From Amoebidium appalachense (Eukaryota > Protista > Ichthyosporea), in the NCBI GenBank assembly GCA_963693365.1, contig CAVNZM010000016.1, positions 2,941,957 to 3,005,956 on the forward strand: a DNA stretch of 64,000 bases, read 5' to 3'. The notes under the pieces were generated by a model. That model was not told the origin of the DNA. It did not search any database and worked only from the letters and a program-made list of their open reading frames with translations. Made by a program: the position numbers and the translations under genes. Shown here in pieces: positions 16,265 through 31,883 of the stretch. The first letter of the stretch is position 1. Each line of letters opens with the position of its first letter.

Positions 16265-17080
16265 CACAAAACCCCACCAAGCCCCCCCACTTTCCCACCC
16301 GCCGGGTGGGAAAGTGGGGGGGCTTGGTGGGGTTTTGTGGTGCACGGCTAAACATTGGTGCACACGTTCCTAGCACCCATATGCTACTTTGTACCAAGTT
16401 TCAACTGCTACTTGCTCGTGGAACACGTTATATTCATTATTTGGTGGTGCCCTGAGGAGTTGATGTTGCACATGTGGAAAAAAAAACATTTACGGGTGTA
16501 AATGTAGGGATTTTTTTTTGGTATTTTGGCTGCAGCCCTGTAACTTGGCCCACACCTCCCTAATACCTATATACTGCTATTCCCAAATGATGGATGCTCC
16601 CAGGCCATTGGTTCGTGGGTGGCAACAAAAGTGCACCTAGCCATATGAAGGCACATATAGGAAAAACGTACCCGCCGGGTGGGAAAGTGGGGGGGCTTGA
16701 TGGGGTTTTGTGGTGTACGGCTAAAACTCGGTGCACACGTTCCTAGCACCCATTTCCTACTTTGTACCAAGTTTCAACTGCTACTTGCTCGTGGAACACG
16801 TTATATTCATTATTTGGTGGTGCCCTGAGTAGTTGAAGTTGCACATGTGGAAAAGAAAACATTTACGGGTGTAAATGTAGGGATTTTTTTTTGGTATTTT
16901 GGCTGCAGCCCTGTAACTTGGCCCACACCTCCCTAGTACCTATATGGTGCTATTCCCAAATGAAGGATGCTCCCAGGCCATTGGTTCGTGGGTGGCAACA
17001 AAAATGCACCTAGCCACATGAGTGCATATATAAGGAAAAACGCACCCGCCGGGTGGAAATGCAGGGGGGCTTGATGGGGA
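16263..17080. repeat. ~374-bp tandem repeat (2 full + 1 partial unit) headed by a 79-nt perfect hairpin
   Basis: CCCGCCGGGTGG recurs at 16298, 16671 and 17045. 16263-16341 is a palindrome with 39-bp arms and a 1-nt centre. Confidence 0.9.
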
Positions 17081-17189
17081 AATACAAACCGTAACACAAG
17101 CACAACACTGTGACACCCACCTGACGTGTGTGCCGACACACGGCCCACACCCACAGTCACACCCACACCAGCCCACCCACCCACCCACT

Positions 17190-17325
<136 letters not shown>

Positions 17326-17353
17326 AGGGGGGGGGGGGGGGGGGGGGGGGGGT

Positions 17354-18345
<992 letters not shown>

Positions 18346-19857
18346 TGTGCACAGATATCATGATATATGTATTTAAATTATATGTATATTCATATATATA
18401 AATATATATAAATATACTATATATATATTTATATATATATATATATCTCTATATTCTATAATATAAATATATTACAACTTTGATCTATGTAAAACGCATG
18501 GAGGGATTATCGGCTTGACTCATCGGATTCGAACCACCATGCTTGTCCTGCTGTGTGATTGGTGTTTTGTAATCTGATTAATGATAATCAGATTGAACCG
18601 ATTTTTGTTCGGCTGTGTGATTGGTATTCAATAGTCACATTATGGATAATCCGATTATGCTCCTGTTTCTTGATTGGTCTTCTCCAATCATTAATGATTG
18701 TCCGTTATGACTGTTTTTTTCCCACCCTTCGGAGGTCAGTTTTCACTTGCACTTCCGCTGTTCAAGAAGTCTGAGCTGTAACTCCATTCAGTTGCACCCG
18801 TTGCTTGTAAGCTAACTAGACGATGTTTTCAGAGCTACAGGCTGTGCAGGTTAGTACAGATGCTTATGCGACTGTTGCGTCTACCTGTTTGCTGAAGGAC
18901 TGGGCTTCTGTCACAGTGCAACTATTCTTGCTTTTCTTCCTTGCTGTAGCCCTCCTTTCTTCTTGGTCTTTCCTGCCGCAACTGGTGCATGCTGTCGCAG
19001 TTTTACTTTCTGCCACACTGCAGCTTTTTTGTGCCCTCTGTGCTCACATCTGCATAACAGGATGATACTTTCAAGAGTTATTTTCACCTTTGCTCTCCTC
19101 TTTTACATGCAGGGCACCATCCTCTCTGACAGAGGCTAACGGCCGCTTGCTTGTAGATTGACAGCTTCTAAACCGAGCAGCAAGGAGGTAGGTTTTTACT
19201 GCCTGGGTTATGCCCAGCTTGGGCTGGCACCTTTTGATGTTGGTTCTTGGCAATGCCGCTTTTTGTTAAAACGTTCGTGCAATAAAGAGCCCTAAGGGAC
19301 CTTGCACTTATCGTTTATGGTATAGTGGTTGAGCTCTTCTGTAGGTCAGCCTGTCAGCACTTTTAGTTTTGTGCATGTAAACACAGGGCAAAAAGCGCGC
19401 ATTCTGCATCATTGTGTGCCAAGCCATGTTTTCGCAGTTTCTACATTTTGCTTCATCCGTCTGTAACTCCCTTAGAAGCTACATTGCTTCCTGACATGAA
19501 GTCTCTTAGTTCATAAGGGCTGGTGCATACAAAACTTCTCGGCAACCATTGTTGGAAGGTTATGCCCTCCTTTGTTTCATTGTTTTAACAAATGTGTGCC
19601 GTCCTTATTGCCCAGCATGTGTAGTGGGGCACCCATCTATCATGACATGTGCACGTTTGACTTTTTACCTGTGTGATAAGGTCTGTTAGCGCCCACTCAC
19701 TACACGTTGCACGCAACGTACCCCACTGACACATACGAGGTTAGTCGGTAACCACTTGCTTGCATCGAAAGTTTAGAGTGCTGCTGTAGGTATGACAATG
19801 TAAGATTCTGTCCTTTTGATGTTTTCGTGTTACCTTATGGGCGTTTTGTCCCCTTCT

Positions 19858-19898
<41 letters not shown>

Positions 19899-20206
19899 AA
19901 AAAAAAAAAACTTTTCAGCTATAACATAATGGACCAGGTTATTCCCCTTATTTCCTGTTTCAAACTGCCTGAGGCTCTCACTTTTCCTCCTTCTCACTGG
20001 TCACGCTTCACTTTCCCCGTGCAGGTGGGAGATGGTGCACTCGGGTGAGTCTTCTAGCAAGCAGCAGCAGCGCACATGGCTGACCGCAAGATTGTTCGGT
20101 GCTGGTACATGACTGCCAACCTCGACATTCCGACATAATCAATTCCACGACACTGGTACCTCCCCCCCCCCCCCCCCCTCCAAAAAAAAAAAAAAAGAAA
20201 AGAAAA

Positions 20207-20245
<39 letters not shown>

Positions 20246-20443
20246 ACACAGCTTCCCATCCACCTTGCCTTAAGTTCTATCATAAACTAATTTGCTGTTT
20301 GCTGATCTCTCTTCCCACTCACTTGGTTACTTTGGTGCATCGTGTTCTGTGTGTGTGGGTCACGGTGGTAGTGTGCATCAGTGTGTGTGTGTGTGTGCTA
20401 TATATATGTATAAACATTGTGTATATATGTCGTTGATCACCAT

Positions 20444-20474
<31 letters not shown>

Positions 20475-21075
20475 AACGCCTGTTATCCCACCTCTCCATT
20501 CCCCCCCATCTCTCTGTATGTGCGCACATGTAGGTGTGGGCCCGGGTGTGTATGCACAATAATGTATTTTGGTTCTCAATGTGTCCCTTAGTAGTCGTTA
20601 TACTTGTAAAGGGTTACGTCGAGGCTTCCAGCAACCATATCCTCCGAGGGGAGGGAATGACATGTACTAACCCCCCGCCCCCCCCCCTCCCCCCCCCCCC
20701 ACGCGGGAGCAGCTCGAGGACATGCGTGTTGACGGAGTGCCATGTGATTGACCCACCACCCAGTAACGACCCTGAGGACGTCAGCAGCCACAGCCACAGC
20801 GAGGAACAAGAATCAGTGCCACAAGAGAGTCTGCGGGGAATAAGGCGACGAGCAAAGATTGGAGTACTAGTAGTTGTCATTGTATTATGGTTTGAAATCA
20901 AGTAAATAAGCAATTATTCTTGTAGAAGTTATAAATGCGCATGTTGATACGATAGAAAATGTAGAAGTTTGGAAGTTGGATAATAGCGTTTGTGTCACAT
21001 GCTCCTGGGGAGCATGACTAATTAAAAAAAAACCTTAAGTGTGCAGCCGTCATTGAACATGTGTCACCATCCCAA

Positions 21076-21125
<50 letters not shown>

Positions 21126-21224
21126 GAAGGGGGGGGAGAGGGGGGGGGAAGGGTGGGGAACGGGGGGGGGGGGGGGGGGGGGGGAGTGGGGAAGCGGGGG
21201 GGGGGGGGGGGGTGAATAGATAGA

Positions 21225-21860
21225 GAGATATCCATATAGACATTATTTATATATTCAGATACCTATATAGGTATATATAGAAGTGGTATACAATCAATAT
21301 CATTTCTAATATAGAATACATATTCAGCTAATAAATTCTGAATATGTGTTATGTGCATATAGAATGTCATGACTGATGTCTCATCGTCCCATGATAGATA
21401 CGTATTATATGCTAATTGCATGTCTATCTACATATGTATTTCCATATCTAGCTGATATCCAGGTGTGGTTCGAAACCTGAGCTGTATATCCATTCGATCT
21501 CATTTGTGCACATTTTAAGCATGTTACATATATATAGTACATATCACATTGGATATAATATTGGGCAGGTTACCTGTCACTGGGTCCCTTCGTCACATAT
21601 CCATTATATATGTTGTGCATGTGTATTTGCATATCTAGTGTTCGATATCCACTGGATATCACGTTTCCCGTGGATATCTAGTGGATCCCTAACAGTAGTT
21701 ATCCAATGGATATCAGGGTTTTAACAGATATCTATATACATATTAGCCGTAGATATCCAAGATTAATATCCATTTATATTTACATATCTTAAACCCATGA
21801 ACTGGATGTAGGGTTATGTTCAGGATGGGTTTGAGTATATGGATATCTTCAATGTATCTT
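21225..21860. repeat. Right subterminal array of GGATATCC-like motifs
   Basis: Same motif as 9820-11450. TCAAACCCATC (~9837) reappears inverted (GATGGGTTTGA, ~21824). Confidence 0.65.
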
Positions 21861-22670
21861 TTATGGGTTCCGGATGTTTCGGCAAGATTGCTGATGTTTA
21901 AATTTAATGCATTCCATCAGGGTCTAGAATCTGGATGCCCATCTTCCAGATGTCGCAATCTGGAAGAGGGGGGAGGGGGGGTCTTCCAGATGTCTGGAGC
22001 CAATCTAGAAATTGAACTGATTTCCGATTGGTCGGCTGCATTTTGTCTAGACCAATCAATGACCTTATTGAAGATCATTGGTCCAAAAGGGGTTTTTTGC
22101 ATACCTGTGCTATGCTGTAGTTTCTGTCTTCTGTTTTGTTATGAAGTTTTCAGCGATACGTATATATAAACCTTGCAAAAAATATTAATATGCATATTTA
22201 TAAGCTTATAAAATATTTATCACAGTCTCAGTGTTAAGTTTTTACATTTATTTATTAAACAAAGCAAGAAACAATGTAGAGTTTCTAAATTATCTAAATC
22301 ATACCTGTGCAAACTGGAACAATTTGGAACGTTCTAAAGACAATTTAGAACTTCCAGATTTGCCACATTTCTAAATTCTAGCTCCCACGTGAAGCGGCTC
22401 ACTGTCAACTTGGAAACCCGGCGGTACCGGTCCGCATCCCCCCAAACCCCCCCCCCCCCCTCCCTCCCCTCCTCCCCCAGCGCGTGTGCGTGGCTGGTGT
22501 TCGAATTCCGATGATCTGCTGGTTACCGTTTTTTGATGTTTTACACATGGAATCATCTCGCTGCCACCACCAGCTAAAATGGCTCGTTTGTCGTTGGCAT
22601 GGTAGGGCCAGTGGTTGCCAGGCAGGCCCATGAAGGTGAACTACACACACACGCACACACACACACACAC

Positions 22671-22833
<163 letters not shown>

Positions 22834-23165
22834 TACACACACACATTCATGTGCACACACAAGAGTCTGACACGTGTGAAACAGATATATCAGCCAAATT
22901 GACACACGGTACTCCTACTCTCTCAAAGATGCACTATTGGAACCTGCTCCAAGCATGCAATTGATGCTAACTCGTCTAACGGTAACACCGGAGAAACAGA
23001 CCTGTACCTACGTAATGTATACCACATAACAGCAGGCTGCAGCACACATTCATCCTTTATATCATCATTAGACTTTAAAATTTCTGCAGTTCAAATATTG
23101 CAGCCCACTTCCGCCTCCACCCATTAGCAATCAACACAGTGTGACGTCGACACTTAACAAGCAGC

Positions 23166-26100
23166 ATGGGCCGATCATTACGACACTTGCTAGGGTGCCT
23201 GGCCAGCCTGTGTGCGGTCACGGCACAGGCCACCAAAGAGTGCCCCTTGATAGAGACCGAGTGGCGGGTGGAAGGTGCCGCCCCCATGCAGGACACCACC
23301 AAAAACCAGACCACGTTCTGCTGGCAGATCTACCAGGTGCAGGTGAAAACGGGTGTGCGTATAGTGCCCACCACCAAAGACTGCGCCATTCAGGGCAACA
23401 ATCCCTGGGGCCAGGACCTGTCGCACTTTTTGCTGCAGCTCGATGGCTGCCCGTGCTATGTCGATGCAAACGGCGGCCTGCTGTCCTCTGCAGGCGAGTG
23501 GATCAAACCCCATGGGGGCAGCCTGCCGTCCTCGGTGGGGAAAGATGCCAGCACCCCGGGCACCTTCTACGGCACTAAGTGGGAGGGCGGGTCCCTGCCA
23601 AGCACCAGCAGTGGGGCCAGCATATCCGAGACCTTTTCAGCCTGCATGGTCATGAAGTGCATTGTAGGCACCAGCCCCACGGCCATGGAGTATCTGGTCA
23701 AGGGGGCCACCCGCTTTGCCACAGGCTTCACTTCCGGCCCGGCATGCACATGTGGCGGCACATCTACGGCAACATCAGCAACCAGCTCCATTGCTTCCCC
23801 CGTGCCTACACCCGTGCCCGACTGCAAGCCACACACAACCACCCTCATGGTGCCCACCACCATCACACAGACGGCAACCGCCACGTCACCACACACACAG
23901 GGTGTGCCCACCACGGTCACCTAGACCACCACCCAAGTTGTGCCCACCACCATCACCCAAACATCAACGGTAACCACCACGCCCATGCAGACACAGATAG
24001 TTCCCACCACCATCACCCAGACCAGCGTGTCCACAGTCACAGCCACCAGCACGATCACCCCGACGGTCACGGTCAACCACCACCCCAACCCGAATGCTGA
24101 CGATCCCGCCACCACCAAACTGTGCACCATCACACAGACCACCTGCACTGCTACCATAACCAATTCCGCCCAGACCGTCACCACCGCCATCACTGAAACC
24201 CCCACCCCTGCCACTACCACGGTCACTGAAACCCTCGCACCCGCCACCACCACCGTCACCCATTGGGCCGCCACCACCACTGTTTCTTCTCCGTGCCTCG
24301 ACCCCATACCAGTCACCTCTACCGTTACCGAAACCCCCACCCCCTCTACCACCACCGTCACCGAAACCATCACTCCTCCCACCACCACAAACACCCAGCC
24401 GGCCGCCACCCCCACCGAAACCATCACCTCTGCCACCACCACCATCACTCAGACCCCCGCCACCATCACTGAAACAACAACCATCACCTCTGCCACCACC
24501 ACGGCCACCCAACCGGCCGCCACCACCACTGTAACCACTGTTGCTTTTCCTTGTCTCGACCCCATACCAGCCACCACCACCATCCTGAAACCCCCACCCC
24601 TGCCACCACCACCATTACTAAAACCCTCACCCCTGCCACCACCACCACCTCGGGATCTATAGCTATATAAGGAAAGCAGTGATTGGCTAGGATTCAATCT
24701 AGGAAACACATTCCTGAGCAGTCCGACAGCCGGCCCGGAGTGAAATCGTGAAGAATACCTGCTTGTGATTGGGTCCCGGCGGCTATGACATCTGAGGATG
24801 TGCCGCAAAAGCATGCTGTAGTTTATTCCTATTGGCGATAGATCATGCACGTAATTTAGATTTATATAGAGGAGTGTAAGCCGGATTGACCGGACCTTAT
24901 ACTAGCTTTATGATTGTTTAGCTCATATATAGTTTCGCTACTGCATAAACGATTGTGGAATACTTCACGACCAGCACTAGTGCCTGAGCGTTTTTTTCCT
25001 GGAAGAGCAGGCGTAGTACAAGCTCCCACAATCGAGAGAAAAGCTGTGTCATAGCAACCACCTTTTAAAGCCTAATTATAAATCAACCTATGCTATTGGG
25101 CGCGAGCGCATCACTTAATCTTGCCGATTTCCATATTAGGAACCCTTTCTGCAGGTGACCACGGTCACTGAAACCCCCAACCCCGCCACCACCACCATCA
25201 CCCAGCCGGCCGCCACCACCACTGTTTCTTCTCCGTGCCTCGACCACATTCCAGTCACCACCTCCGTCACACCACCATTGCATCTTCCACATGCCCACTG
25301 CCATCGACCACCTTGCTGACCTCACTAGCCGCCACCACGTCTGTGGTAGCTGCAGCCACCACCACCCAGTCCACAACCATCATCCTGCCAGGCTCCACCA
25401 CTAAGGTGTCTCTGTGCTCCGACCCATCCCCACCACCCTCAGGCGCATCACCATCGAACGCACCACCACTGTGGTGCAGACCCTCACCACCACACCACCC
25501 CCAGCCACCCTCACCACATCCGTCACCCAGACCCGCACCAGCACATTTACCCCGGCAGCCGTCACGGTGACTGCGGCCTGGACCACAATCACACAGACAG
25601 CCACAGTGACACAAGCAGACAGCCACGGTGACACAGACAGCCACGGGGACAAAAGCAGCAACCACCTTCACAAACACAGCCACCATCACCAATACAAAAA
25701 CTATGACCCAGGCGCAGGCCACCATCACCAACACAGCCACCATCACCAACACAGCCACCATCACCAACACAGCCACCATCACCAACACAGCCACCATCAC
25801 AAACACTGCTACCATCACAAACACTGCTACCATCACCAACACAGCCACCATCACAAACACACAGACTGTGACCCAGGCACGGGCCACCATCACAAAGACA
25901 CAGACTGTGACCCAGGCACGGGCCACCATCACAAACACACAGATTGTGACCCAGGCACGGGCCACCATCACAAACACACAGACTGTGACCCAGGCACTGC
26001 CACCATCACAAACACCGCCACCATCACGACCACGGCCGTGCGGCCTCTCCCAGCTGCCGCCACTGTGACCCAGGCAGCTGTCACCATTATGCAGACCGTG

Positions 26101-26976
26101 ACCCAGTCAGCTGCCACCACCACCCTGACCCTCCCCCCCGGCCACCACGACCGTTGGAGGCCAGCCACCATCCACCGTGACTCTGGCAGCCAGCACCATC
26201 ACTGCCACACAGACCGTCACCACCACCATGGCTGCACCATCTGGCATTGCCGCCGCCCCCAACGACCTTGTCAGTGCCCCCCAGCAAACCGAGGCTCTGA
26301 CCCTGAGCCCCAAGCGTCCCTCAGCCACCCTTAACCCCAAAACAACCCCAGCCCTCGCCAAGCCCACAGCCAACCAAGCTGCCGCCACCAATACAGCCAG
26401 CAGCAGCCCAGGGCAGGCCCTAGCTGCTGGGCCTGTGCAGCCTGCAGACCAGCTCAACATTGCCAGTGTGGACGAGGACCTTGCCCTGGCCCCAAGGCCA
26501 GCCACGGTGACAGTCATGGCCACCAGCACCGTGACCACCTGCCCCCCAGTGCCCCCACCCTGCTGCCTGCGGCCCAGGTGGCCGAGCCAGCAAAGGAGCA
26601 GCGGCTGGACCTGCAGGCCAAGACCACCCATGCAGCAGGCAGCACGGCACAGCACACCAGCACCAGTGAGCCTGCACCCACCCCCTTGGCCACGGCCCGG
26701 TATGGTGGGCACCTGCAGGCAGAGGACATCCAGGCCGTGTTTAGGCCCAGCAAGGCCAATGCAGCAGCAAGCAGGAGGGGCGCCGTGACAGTGCCAGACA
26801 GCACCGCAGAGGCTCTAACCAGCAACCCACCACCACAGCACACAAGCGTTGCCGTGGGCCCGGTGGTTGCTGGCGCCATGGCAGGCTTCGCAGTGGTGGC
26901 TGGGGCTGTGTTCATGGTGCGAAGGAGGGCACATGCAGCAAGTGCAAGGGGGAATGAGTCTCCCGTGTGGGCCTAA
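23166..26976 (+). pseudogene. Type I membrane mucin-like/adhesin-like protein (signal peptide, Cys-containing N-domain, Thr-rich stalk, TM helix), disrupted
   Basis: N-terminus MGRSLRHLLGCLASLCAVTAQA (signal-like); globular region with DLSHFLLQLDGC...GKDAST.G...GTKWE...GPAC; Thr/Pro repeats including (ATITNT)n; C-terminal VAVGPVVAGAMAGFAVVAGAVFMV followed by RRR and stop at 26976. Interrupted by TAG at 23922 (CAG expected from the repeat), several frameshifts and a ~500-bp insert. Confidence 0.75.
24650..25157. mobile_element. ~500-bp foreign insertion within the Thr-rich coding repeats
   Basis: Abrupt switch from ACC-rich coding repeats to AT-richer sequence with ATTGG boxes, then the same repeat unit resumes (ACCACGGTCACTGAAACCCCC). 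No TIR or LTR recognised. Confidence 0.5.
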
Positions 26977-28819
26977 CCTAGAATATGAGTGTATGTGTAG
27001 CAGATATTCCGTAAATAGTATTTAGTTGGTGTGTGCATGACACAGTATGTATGAAGGCTTTGAGTTGTGTGTCCATAGCCAGATGTATAGTATGAAGGAC
27101 TGGGTTCCAAGTCCGAGGCTCCTAGACAGACAGTAAGAATGACCCATGTTGTAGTGCCTGCTAGATGCAGGACACTGGATGGCCAGAACATAAAAGTCAA
27201 ATATATAAAGTCACCACAGAATATTGTGTAGGATATGGAAGAGTGCATATGTACATGTCAGCCCCTCTGAGTGTCACTCGTAAAGTCTCACCACGTACGT
27301 GCAGGGCCAAGCACGAATTGCGGTGTACATACATGGACACAGGAGCCCATGGGCATTTACATGTGCACCCCCAAACATACACAGTGTCCTGCACATGCAT
27401 GAATGCACACATGCACACATGCACACTCAAACAGGGCATTGTAAACAGTTGAACTAGTTGGGATAAGGCAGAGAACAACTGAATCCGAATAAAGGCAGAG
27501 AACGGGTAGTTAGGCACACGTCGGACCAGGTTACTATCTAATGTGCTCGTTCAGAGTGATCCCCCGTGTACTGAGACGGCTTGTTTATATAGCCCCCAGG
27601 TTCCGGATCATCTGGACGGGTGGCATTGATGCCTTCGTGACTTCTGACCAGTCAGAAGTTGTGGTCGTCTTTATGTGCACACAGTGCACCAATAACACGA
27701 AGCCAACTAAAAGGATAACTTTGTGGCAAATGATTGGTCAACACTTAAGCCCGTTTAGGTTTATAACTGGGTCTGACTTCCCTATTGGTTCCGTTCGTTT
27801 AGCTACAGATGTTGCCTTCGTAGTGGATAAGACTTGCATTCCTATCCTAGCGGTTCTCGAATTCCTATTGATTTGTACTGACTGCACAGCCACTGCATGT
27901 TGCCGGCGCCGCGGCTCAGTCGTGAGCCGCAGCCCGCGGCTGTCGCGTATGATATTGATCTGATCATATGTACACAATATCTACGTGATCACTATGATAT
28001 GTACAGTATATTCGTAATAGTAAACATGTACGGCGTGTACAGATGTTTACAGGCATGGGGCACACAAACCGTTGTGAACACCAGCTGAGACGCACAGAGC
28101 ACACACACATGCACATGGAACATAACACAGGTTCGGTCCGCTTATAAGAAGATCTTATTTGTTATTTTTGGGTTGCAGCAGTCCTTTCAACGAATATCAC
28201 CAGGGCACACAGATGTGACCTTTGTTGTCTTCACGATCATCAGCATGGGCTTTAAGGAGGGCGGGGGATGATGGCGGTGCGCACAGGCAAAAACGTATTT
28301 GATCGGGGGGGGGGGGGGGGAGGGGGGGGGAGGGGGGGGAGGGGAGGGTTATTCTCTAGCCCTTTTTTTTGGGTCAGTAACTGCCTTAGGGGGGGGGAGG
28401 GATATGGCTGGGGGGGAGGTGCATGTGGGTGGGTGGGGGGGGGGGGGGGGAAGGGGGGAAGGAAGAAGGGGGGACTGGTTGCTTGGGAGGTTTTTTTTTT
28501 GGATATGAAAGGTGCATCTGTGTGTGGGTGGGTACGTGCGCGCGTGCGTGCGCGTACGTATGCGTGCGGGGGAGGTTGTTTTAGGGGGGGGGGGGAGGGG
28601 GGCCCATTGCAGCAACAGTCTGATTGATCCATACAGGGATTAAATATCATGCCAACGGTTCATGATAACAATTTTCATAGGCTAAGCACACACTTGCATC
28701 ACATATAGTATATAAAAGGAATGCAAGGACTCATGCGGCTTCACCTTGGCAGTCCTAATCAGGAGAAGTGTGGCTTGCACGCACGACCGTGATGCTTCAT
28801 GCATCCAGCCCTACCCCCC

Positions 28820-29570
<751 letters not shown>

Positions 29571-29839
29571 CCAAGTTCAATTTGAATACAAGCACAGCGT
29601 GGGTCTTTTTTTCTTTTCTGCCCTCCTTGTGAAAGTGTAAATGTGCAAATTTTCTTTACAAATGCTAAAATCCCCCTCCCCCCCCCCTCCCCTCCTTTCA
29701 CCCACTTTTTGTGTGTGTGTGTGTATATGTCGGTGTCGGTGTCGTTTATGTGTTAAGAAAATGTGTGCCATAATATGTATTTAGTTTGTAAACGTGTTTT
29801 CTTTGCAGGAGAATTAGATAGCCCCGTTGGACTAAAATC

Positions 29840-31883
29840 GCAGGATTGTGGGCTGACGGCAGCCACACACAATACAAACGAATGTCGAGGGCAAGCGTGT
29901 AGGCAGCCACCTGGCGGCATAGGCACCCACCTGACGGCATACACGGTTAAGGCATCGAGATGCTGAACGACCCTTAGCAACAGCCCCAAGCAGCGCCGTC
30001 GAATCAAGGCCCCAAAGGTAGCGGGAGCCCCGGGCAGCCGTAGACCGACCTAATCGACGAAGCCCCAGGAGCAAGGCTTCTCCCTCCAGAATGTTGATGT
30101 GGTCGGAGTGGCGCCAACGATGACTGATGTTGGTGGTCCACCGGCCACCAACAGCTGCCAGGATAGGTGCCGGGGGGCGGACGAGCTTGGCTCGTGCACA
30201 GGACCAGACAGCTGGCTGTAGTGGCCACGCCGGTTGCAGTGAGGCAGCACTTCGCGGAGAAGCGTTGCTGGAAGCACCCGGGACACCACTGCACCACCCA
30301 ACAAGGAAGCATCAGTGCAGAACATGGTGCTAGCAAACCCAGAACGCAAATCAAAACGCATCAAAGGGGCCAAAGCACACATCGCCTGAAGCTCCCACAC
30401 CACGGGCGGGGGAAGGGGCTGTTCCCGACCCCCCAGCTGCTCCACAAAACTGTAGACGGCACTCAGAACCGACAAAAGCGGCCGCTGCAGCAGTGCCGCC
30501 CACACCCAACCACCAAGCAACTGCTGCAAACGGAGCTGCGTGACGACACCACGACGCAACACGGCCTGGGTTTCCGCCACCGACGGCACAAGGAAGCGCC
30601 AGACGGGCGCAATATCCCAGAGCGATGCATTTCCAGGCCTTGCAGCACCATAGAGGACGACGAACCAGCAGCCACATCCTTCTTGACATTGGAGGGAAGA
30701 CCAGCCGGGCCGGTGACGCCATGATACGATTCACGCTGACGATTGATGGCGGTGGCATCTGTGCCGACCCAACCACAGTCGTCCACATACAGGGCATGCT
30801 GCGTGGCCTCCACAGGCCGCGGCACTATCGCACAGAGGCGCTCAATTCGGGGCATGCCGGCTCGGTCAGCCAACTGCCCATGGACGTCTTGAGCCACAAG
30901 CACAGAATGCACCCAGCCCATGGGCACGGTCTTGAGGGCTGGGTACACAAGCCGGTCGGGCCCAGAAATGCCAACAGCCTCCGAAGACACAGGCGGCAAT
31001 CCGAAGTACCGCCACAGCCACTCCGGGGCAAGAAGACAATGGAACTGGTTGTCCATGTCCGACTTGCCAAAATAGAGGCAATCCTCAGGCCCCAGCAACA
31101 GATCGGCAAAATCGGCAGGGTTGGGCAGGTGCACTTTGAGGGCAGGATGATCACGGGCAAAGAACAGGTTGCCACGGCGGCCGTCAAAAATGACGCGGGC
31201 TCTGGTGTCTTTGGGGACCCCAAACAGCCCATTGATGGCCAGTGGTTTTTCCTCCGCCTCGAAATAGTGCACCATGCCGCAGTCTTGAAGCCGAAGAAGC
31301 AGGGGACCGTATTCCCCACTGGGAACGTGATGCGCCGGTCGGATGCGGCGCAGCTCTGCAGGCGTCGGCGGAACAGGCTTGAGAAGGCCGCCGTCGCAGT
31401 TGGCCAAAACGGATGCAGCGTAGGAGACAAAAACTGCAACACGTCCACTGTGGCTCCAACCCCAGGGGATGGCAAAGCGGCATTTGCCGCCGTGAGAGGT
31501 AGCCATCCTGTCAATACAGGGTAGGCCGCGGGGAACGCAGCCAAGACACTACTCGCAGGCTGAGCGTCGTAGACACCCGCGCGTATAGCATCGTAGCTGG
31601 CCCTAAGGACAAAGGTCCACAGGGCATGGTGGTGACTGTTCACCAACCGGGTCGGGAATGGGCAAGGGCCGCCTGCCCACAGCTCGTTGAGGGCACCAAG
31701 ACAACGGTTAGCCAAGGTAACCCCCTTCAGGCGGTGAGACAGACGTTGCCGACGGCGTTGACTCCGTAGACGGGCTTGTCCAGAACGGTCCGGCACAGGA
31801 ATGGCCGGAACAGGAAAAAAATCAGAGGCGCCAAAGACATGACGTGGCATAGCTGTGGAATCCTTAGAAAAGTTAGGGGGCAT
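29840..31883 (-). pseudogene. RT/RNase H ORF of copy 1 (inverted, frameshifted)
   Basis: KSDMDNQFH, VPMGWVHSV, LYVDD (RT) and FCTDAS (RNase H) across several frames. Confidence 0.9.

Noticed and set aside
18800-19680. Possible decayed MULE fragment on the minus strand (VKSQTCTC..., CRCEHRGHKKLQC)
   Set aside because: SWIM and zinc-knuckle resemblance needs several frameshifts and stops; too weak without a profile search.
27518-28142. CpG-rich block with hairpin GCGGCTCA-GTCG-TGAGCCGC as a Helitron end or MITE
   Set aside because: No CTRR terminus at the right distance, and only a 6-bp inverted match at the putative ends.
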